NCBI GenBank assembly: GCA_040326155.1 | Contig: JBEQLE010000026.1 | Coordinates: forward strand, 1-45,661 | Direction: 5' to 3' | Origin: Leptospirales bacterium | GTDB taxonomy: Bacteria > Spirochaetota > Leptospiria > Turneriellales > JAOUFE01 | DNA: 45,661 nucleotides | Shown here: positions 40,662 through 45,661 of the stretch, in pieces | Position numbering within the stretch: the stretch's first letter is position 1 | How the letters are laid out: every line of letters starts with the position of its first letter | Notes under the pieces: generated by a model | The model's input: the letters and a program-made list of their open reading frames with translations, nothing else | Databases searched by the model: none | Told to the model about the DNA's origin: nothing | Translations under genes and position numbers: made by a program

Positions 40662-41207
40662 GTGAGAAAAATATATCGTTTTCGCATTGTCATATTTGTA
40701 CTTTTTATTGGAACATTTTCCTGTAAAATGTATAAAAACCAGAATAAAAATATTGAATCCATTAAGAGAAATTATTTCTGGGGTTCTGAATGTATCGATG
40801 TCCTTTTCGTTGGGCTTGCCGTTAGTACAACTGCAATTCAATATGGACAATCCCTCAAGCTATTTTATGCTATTAAAAACCAATCTAAAAAAGAAAGAAC
40901 TGTTACGATACAGCATGACCTAGATAGTAGTTGGCGCTTCTGGGTTCATCTATTTTCGCGAAATAGTGAAAAATCGCTATTTAAGTTTTATCCTAACTTT
41001 CAATCTGATAATTCAGAAAATAAGGTATCAATAATTTCTCATCAAACAATAATTATTCCCCAAGAACAAATTATAGAATTTATGGAAGATGAATTCCGGT
41101 TTGCATCGATTGTACCCCGCGGAAAATATCGCCTGCAACTACTGTTCGGTGGGCCGGATTTTGACTTTTCGTGCCGTAGTGACTTTATTCCTATTGAAAT
41201 CTTTTAA
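40662..41207 (+). CDS. Putative immunity lipoprotein (Ig-like fold?) for the upstream effector
   Basis: GTG start 8 bp after the toxin stop; lipobox GTFSC; beta-rich pattern ending PRGKYRLQL...S..IPIEI. Confidence 0.6.
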   Translation: MRKIYRFRIVIFVLFIGTFSCKMYKNQNKNIESIKRNYFWGSECIDVLFVGLAVSTTAIQYGQSLKLFYAIKNQSKKERTVTIQHDLDSSWRFWVHLFSRNSEKSLFKFYPNFQSDNSENKVSIISHQTIIIPQEQIIEFMEDEFRFASIVPRGKYRLQLLFGGPDFDFSCRSDFIPIEIF

Positions 41208-41264
41208 AGAACAGTCTCCAATATATAATAAAATGCTAGCTGCCCATATTGAAATATGACAACT

Positions 41265-41513
41265 CTAATTAACCGTTGCATGACAAAATAATATTATTTG
41301 AAGCTGTAAATTATTTACAATGCTACGTCTTTGCTTCGAACTATTAAGTAACTTGTTAATTACCTCAAAAGATGGCCTTTGAGAACCAGCTTCTATGTGG
41401 GAAATAAAAGAACGACCAATGCCCGTTTTTTCTGCGATCACTTTTTGCGAATAACCAATTGACTTTCGAAATTCTAACATCCGATGTCCCAGCCCGTCTA
41501 AATCTACTACCAT
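41265..41513 (-). CDS. XRE-family helix-turn-helix protein, C-terminus probably degenerate
   Basis: LG.R....RK..G.SQ...AE..GI.RS.IS.IE.G...PS. Confidence 0.75.
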   Translation of the reverse strand: MVVDLDGLGHRMLEFRKSIGYSQKVIAEKTGIGRSFISHIEAGSQRPSFEVINKLLNSSKQRRSIVNNLQLQIILFCHATVN

Positions 41514-41518
41514 TATTT

Positions 41519-41755
41519 ATGGCATATACACCTGAATTTAGTATGAAAGCGAGTTCGACATTACGACGAATTGCCTGGGCTGTGGGCAAGCCTATGACCA
41601 AAACGGCTGAAGATATTATGGACTTTTTGCCGCAAGTGATTGATAGGAAAATTGTTTGTAAGAAGTGCCGGGATAAAACGAAGTGTAAGGATTGTGTTTT
41701 TTTTGGCCGAGTTGATACGAAGAATGCGAAGTTGATTAAGACTATTATTAAGTAG
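41519..41755 (+). CDS. Copy B (full length, 78 aa) of the repeated small protein: helical N-terminus plus CxxC-x5-CxxC motif
   Basis: MAYTPEFSMKASSTLRRIAWAVGKPMTKTAEDIMDFLPQVIDRKIVCKKCRDKTKCKDCVFF...; mostly synonymous divergence from the other copies. Confidence 0.8.
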   Translation: MAYTPEFSMKASSTLRRIAWAVGKPMTKTAEDIMDFLPQVIDRKIVCKKCRDKTKCKDCVFFGRVDTKNAKLIKTIIK

Positions 41756-41764
41756 TTTGGTGGG

Positions 41765-41783
41765 GGCGCGTGCAGGGCGCGCC
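41765..41783 (+). terminator. GC-rich hairpin after copy B
   Basis: GGCGCG-TGCAGGG-CGCGCC followed by TTT. Confidence 0.45.
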
Positions 41784-41992
41784 TTTGGGGGGTTTATTTT
41801 GTTATGCGAAAGAATAAGTCAATCTTGGCCTAATTTAATACGCTGAAATTGTTTGAACGCTGTGAGTAAACAGTCCCCGGTCAAACAAAATTGTCACGCC
41901 CATATTTTCTGTTATGGGGGTATGCTTTTTTGAAGTTATATATTTCAGAAAAGTTCTTGTCATTTTACAATACTGTTGCAAAATGAACTGTA

Positions 41993-44020
41993 ATGTCTCA
42001 ACCTGCCCAGCCGCAAAAATCTCCCGGTGAAAAAGGTTCATCTTCTAAGACATCGACCACACCTGCGCCCTCTCATATTTCGTTTCCGAAAGGCATTCGT
42101 AATCGTCACGATTACATAATGTACTTACAACGTACGATTGGCAATCAAGGCGTCGAGCGTCTTTGGAATTCGGGCTGGTTACAAAAAAAGCTCAACATAG
42201 GCCCGGCTAATGATAAGTACGAGCTGGAGGCTGACGCGGTCGCCGATAAAGTCGTTTCGATGGATGCTCCGGTGGCCGATTCGAAAAGCGACTCTGCCGA
42301 TAAGGTCGGTAATTCCACACCTGCTGCAACGCCACAAATTGCCAGATCTCCTGTTGTTGACTCGATCACCCCTCTGCAACGTGAAACATCGAAAGAAGAC
42401 GAATTGCAAGAAAAAGAGGTGCAGCAAGGGGCGAGTCTTAGAAGAAAAGCTGGTACTGCTTCTGCAGAATCGATGATGGCGGGAGTTCCTGTAAGCAAAA
42501 GGGGAATAGCTTATCAAAAAGTGGGTGTCAACTTAAGACAAGAGCCACTCTCGAAATCAACGGTTCTGGAAAGACTTCCCCAAAATAAGAAGTTTTTTGT
42601 TTCTCGAGAAATTGATGATTGGTATCAGGTCTACCTCGACTCCGGCCAAATGGGCTACGTCGCAGCAGCCTATGTAAAGATCGATCTTCCCGAACCTAAC
42701 GCCAATATTTACTTCATCGAAAAGGACGACTATGCTCTGAACATAGCTAAACAGAATTATGATTCAAGTATTTTCTCATGGGGCAATGACCTTCGTTTTT
42801 TTGTCAATGTGATGGAACATATCAACGGTAAAAAGGGCGCACTCTATAAAGATAATCCAAAAGACGACTGGGATAAGGTAAAAGTTAAAGCCGGTCAATA
42901 TATCTGGGTACCGAGCCAGGAGTTTGCCGATACCCTGCGAGGGAAAGTGGGTTCTGGTTCAATCACCCACGATCTTTTTTCAAAGGCACAGGAGCACGGC
43001 CTAGGTGGAGCGGCAGAATTTATGATGTCGGTTGGTGGCTTTCACGCTGGTTTGGTCGAAGGGCTCTGGCTCTCCATCTGGGAAACTCTGGTAGGCCTGA
43101 AAGATGCTGCGGTGATGATTTACGACTTTGTGGCTTCTATATTCACAGGGACGATTATCCAGGACTTAAAAAATCTCTGGGAAGCTTTGAAAAATTTGCC
43201 CGAGGCGGTCAAAGCTGGGTGGAAAAGTTTCAAAGAGAAGTGGAACCAACCAAGCCCCCTCAGGCGATGGCAGTATCGAGGTAAAATAGCGGGCCAGGTG
43301 GTCGGGGAAATCGCCTTAGCTGTTTTGACCGCCGGAGCCGCCACCGCACTAAAGCTCGTTGCCAAAGGTAGCAAGTTTGCTAAGTTTCTACAGACCCTCG
43401 CTCCGGTAAGGAAATTCGTCGCCACTGTTGAAAAAGGCAAAAACAAAATTGCTCCTGTGCTGAACAAATTGAAGTTGAAGAAAAAGCCTGGTATTAAAAA
43501 AGATATCGACCAGCCGAAATCAAAAGAAGAATTGGAAATGCACGAGGCGACTTTGCGTGCATCCCTGGAGGGCGACGATCTTATAAAAAATATGAAAAAG
43601 TCTGAATCTTCTTATCTCATTGCAAAAGGTAAAAAGGGACTCCAGGTAAAACATCGAATAAAACCTGAAAAGTTGTGGGAATTATCAGAAAAGACTGGAG
43701 TAGAGTGGGCGTATATCGACAATGGTTTTGAAAAAATAGTTCAATCGGGGACACGCTTGGAGGTTAATTTTAAATACTATCCATCTACAACAGAGATTAT
43801 ACATACACATTTAGCAAACCCGTTACCATCATGGGAGGATTTTTTCTTTTACAAGCAAGCCACTGCTGACTTCGGTATTCCAATTAAAAAATTTGGAATA
43901 TACTCAAAAGAAGGTTATCAGGAATATACAAAAGTGAATTTTTTAAAACTGGCTAAAGAAGGTAAATTGAAACATGCAGGTCGTCAAGATGAAAAAAATA
44001 AAAAAAAACTCGGTTACTAA
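41993..44020 (+). CDS. eCIS-type polymorphic toxin/effector: LQRxxGN leader, SH3b, LysM-like segment, hydrophobic helical linker, JAB/MPN-like C-terminal domain
   Basis: Leader shared with the 37972 gene; VNLR.EP......WY.V....G..GYV...YV (SH3b); E...IIHTH....PS..D near the C-terminus. Confidence 0.8.
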   Translation: MSQPAQPQKSPGEKGSSSKTSTTPAPSHISFPKGIRNRHDYIMYLQRTIGNQGVERLWNSGWLQKKLNIGPANDKYELEADAVADKVVSMDAPVADSKSDSADKVGNSTPAATPQIARSPVVDSITPLQRETSKEDELQEKEVQQGASLRRKAGTASAESMMAGVPVSKRGIAYQKVGVNLRQEPLSKSTVLERLPQNKKFFVSREIDDWYQVYLDSGQMGYVAAAYVKIDLPEPNANIYFIEKDDYALNIAKQNYDSSIFSWGNDLRFFVNVMEHINGKKGALYKDNPKDDWDKVKVKAGQYIWVPSQEFADTLRGKVGSGSITHDLFSKAQEHGLGGAAEFMMSVGGFHAGLVEGLWLSIWETLVGLKDAAVMIYDFVASIFTGTIIQDLKNLWEALKNLPEAVKAGWKSFKEKWNQPSPLRRWQYRGKIAGQVVGEIALAVLTAGAATALKLVAKGSKFAKFLQTLAPVRKFVATVEKGKNKIAPVLNKLKLKKKPGIKKDIDQPKSKEELEMHEATLRASLEGDDLIKNMKKSESSYLIAKGKKGLQVKHRIKPEKLWELSEKTGVEWAYIDNGFEKIVQSGTRLEVNFKYYPSTTEIIHTHLANPLPSWEDFFFYKQATADFGIPIKKFGIYSKEGYQEYTKVNFLKLAKEGKLKHAGRQDEKNKKKLGY

Positions 44021-44021
44021 T

Positions 44022-44363
44022 ATGAAAGATGCAGATATCAAAAAAGATGATTTACGTGATTCAACAGGAGAGTATTATCAACTCAAGTTGACCATGAACA
44101 TCCCCGTAGAAAAGTATGTTCCTCCCGAAATCGACTACCCAAATTCTTTTAGATATTTGATTATCTCGCACAATACAGAGGACCCCAGAGCATTGGGGGA
44201 GGTTCGCTTGATAGAAGATTATGATTATAAAGAAATTGTAATAAAGAAATTGAAAGAGATTCATGGTATTGTTGATCCCTGGGACTTGGAACCTGAGAAA
44301 TATAGAAAAAAATGGGAAGAGACTCCTTGGACTGGTTATGATGAAAACGATTGGTCTGGCTGA
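44022..44363 (+). CDS. Putative cytoplasmic immunity protein for the upstream toxin
   Basis: ATG 1 bp after the toxin stop; small acidic protein with no signal peptide. Confidence 0.6.
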   Translation: MKDADIKKDDLRDSTGEYYQLKLTMNIPVEKYVPPEIDYPNSFRYLIISHNTEDPRALGEVRLIEDYDYKEIVIKKLKEIHGIVDPWDLEPEKYRKKWEETPWTGYDENDWSG

Positions 44364-44763
44364 CTCCACTTTCTATTAATTATTTATTTATTTCTATAGC
44401 TAAATCATTACCCGATATTCATGAGGCTATAGAAGATATACCGGAAACTTTTCGAGAGAAGGGCGCTGAAGCTTTAACTGAATTTAACGGAACAACGTTG
44501 GCGATGAAAAAAAATATTACCTCTTTGGCCTCAAATCCCAAAACGGAGGTACAAAAGTATACTTTAAATTCATTTGGAAACTAAGATACTATTGCTTAAA
44601 CGGATAATCCTTTCATTTGTAAAAATGATTCGGTAATTCGAGGTTTCAAGTGTGTGTTTTAAATGATAGATGCTGCCTATCTATTAGTTCTGTAAAAAAA
44701 AAGGCGCTCTTTCCTTCGCATGCAGTAAGAGCATTTTCCCTTTTCCTATTAGCAACCAGTCAA

Positions 44764-44976
44764 TTGAAAGCGAGTTCGACATTACGAAGAATTGCCTGGG
44801 CTGTGGGCAAGCCAATGACGAAAACGGCTGAAGATATTATGGACTTTTTACCGCAAGTAATTGATCGGAAAATGGTTTGTAAGAAGTGCCGGGATAAAAC
44901 GAAATGTAAAGGTTGTGTTTTCTTTGGCCGAGTTGATACGAAAAATGCGAAGCTGATTAAGACTATAATTAAGTAA
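44764..44976 (+). repeat. Copy C of the repeated small Cys-motif gene (lacks MAYTPEFS; ATG replaced by TTG)
   Basis: Near-identical to 41543-41755. Confidence 0.92.
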
Positions 44977-44997
44977 TGTGGTTTACAAATTTCATTA

Positions 44998-45309
44998 CTA
45001 ATCCTTCAATAGCAAGACTTCTTCTTTTTTCGATTTCGATCCCATAGGTCGTGCTTTAATTTCGACTTCCATTCCGATGCTGTGTAAATAATCTCTTAGT
45101 GTAGATAATTTGATATCTTTGCGATTTTCTATTTTTGAAATACTGGACTGGGCGAATTTGCCAATGTCGACTTGTTTGATACCCATGTTTTCTCTCAATT
45201 CAGCTAGTCGAATATTCAAGATCATTGATTTTGCATTCTCTTCTGCATTGGCGATTCTACTTGCAGATAATCTAGATTTAATATTTTCTATTGCTTTTGA
45301 TTTATTCAT
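44998..45309 (-). CDS. higA: XRE-family HTH antitoxin (HigA-like)
   Basis: L.ELRE..G..Q......Q..ISKIE.R.D.KLSTL..Y....G..VEI.A; directly downstream of a RelE-type toxin. Confidence 0.8.
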   Translation of the reverse strand: MNKSKAIENIKSRLSASRIANAEENAKSMILNIRLAELRENMGIKQVDIGKFAQSSISKIENRKDIKLSTLRDYLHSIGMEVEIKARPMGSKSKKEEVLLLKD

Positions 45310-45310
45310 T

Positions 45311-45559
45311 TCATTCCCTCAAACTATTCAAATGTTTCTCATATAACTTATCAGCGATCGGAATCATTTTTTCATAAAATTTATTCTTACCACGTTTGTC
45401 CCCGGCTATCAACAATACACCGGTTTGCTTTGGATCAAAAGCAAAGAATATTCTGTAAACATGTTTTCTATTTTGCACACGCAATTCCTTCATATTCGGA
45501 TACCTACTTTGTTTTATATGATCCACATAATGATATTCCGTCAAGGGAATATTTACCAT
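45311..45559 (-). pseudogene. higB: RelE/ParE (Gp49/HigB-like) toxin, probably N-terminally truncated
   Basis: YVD.IK.S.YPNMKELRVQ....YRIFFAFDP....VLLIAGDK.G..KFY..MIP.AD.LY..HL; the usual N-terminal part is missing. Confidence 0.75.
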
Positions 45560-45579
45560 TATTACGATGTTTTGTAATC

Positions 45580-45661
45580 TGTAAGAAGTGCCGGGATAAA
45601 ACGAAATGTAAGGATTGTGTTTTCTTTGGCCGAGTTGATACGAAGAATGCGAAGTTGATTA
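45580..45661 (+). repeat. Copy D of the repeated gene (3' half only; runs off the window)
   Basis: TGTAAGAAGTGCCGGGATAAAACGAAATGTAAGGATTGTG...GAAGTTGATTA matches copies B and C. Confidence 0.92.

Noticed and set aside
41790..41815. dif/pdif-like site (TTATGCGAAAG resembles a XerC arm)
   Set aside because: No matching XerD arm at 6-bp spacing.
44351..44760. 77-aa ORF and the N-terminal extension of the 44650 ORF
   Set aside because: They overlap the neighbouring gene or repeat, have no recognisable motif, and are probably degraded fragments.
37656..45661. Repeat copies as a DGR template/variable repeat pair, integron attC sites or a classical IS
   Set aside because: Differences are mostly synonymous rather than adenine-specific. 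I saw no reverse transcriptase, integrase or transposase, no attC-type imperfect palindrome, and no terminal inverted repeats or target duplications.

Overview
AT-rich bacterial chromosomal window. The spirochaete-like lipoboxes and gene content suggest a Leptospirales-like Spirochaetota; this is an inference. Bases 1-35.2 kb are mostly core or metabolic genes: an ankyrin protein, heme A synthase (ctaA), three small secreted low-complexity proteins (one poly-Asp, two Cys-rich lipoproteins), ergothioneine egtB-egtD, ahcY, an unusual CPBP protease-MqnA fusion, mpaA, folD and ctaB. They also include a heme-copper cytochrome c oxidase operon (II, I, III, IV, III) whose subunit I appears to lack the K-channel residues, rimI, a voltage-sensor-like membrane protein, sulfur-related genes (sirC-like, tusE/dsrC-like, dsrN-like), endonuclease I, ddpX, a B12 radical SAM enzyme, and a molybdopterin oxidoreductase paired with a 4Fe-4S/NrfD fusion. 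From about 35.2 kb to the end is an accessory island. It holds gene remnants, an orphan antitoxin, an AT-rich unknown gene, two eCIS-type polymorphic toxin genes each followed by a candidate immunity gene (DUF4157/annexin, and SH3/LysM-like/JAB-like), and a truncated HigBA module. These cargos are separated by four copies of the same small Cys-motif gene, which have different 5' truncations and, where visible, a shared 3' end. That cassette-like layout is the most striking feature of the window.
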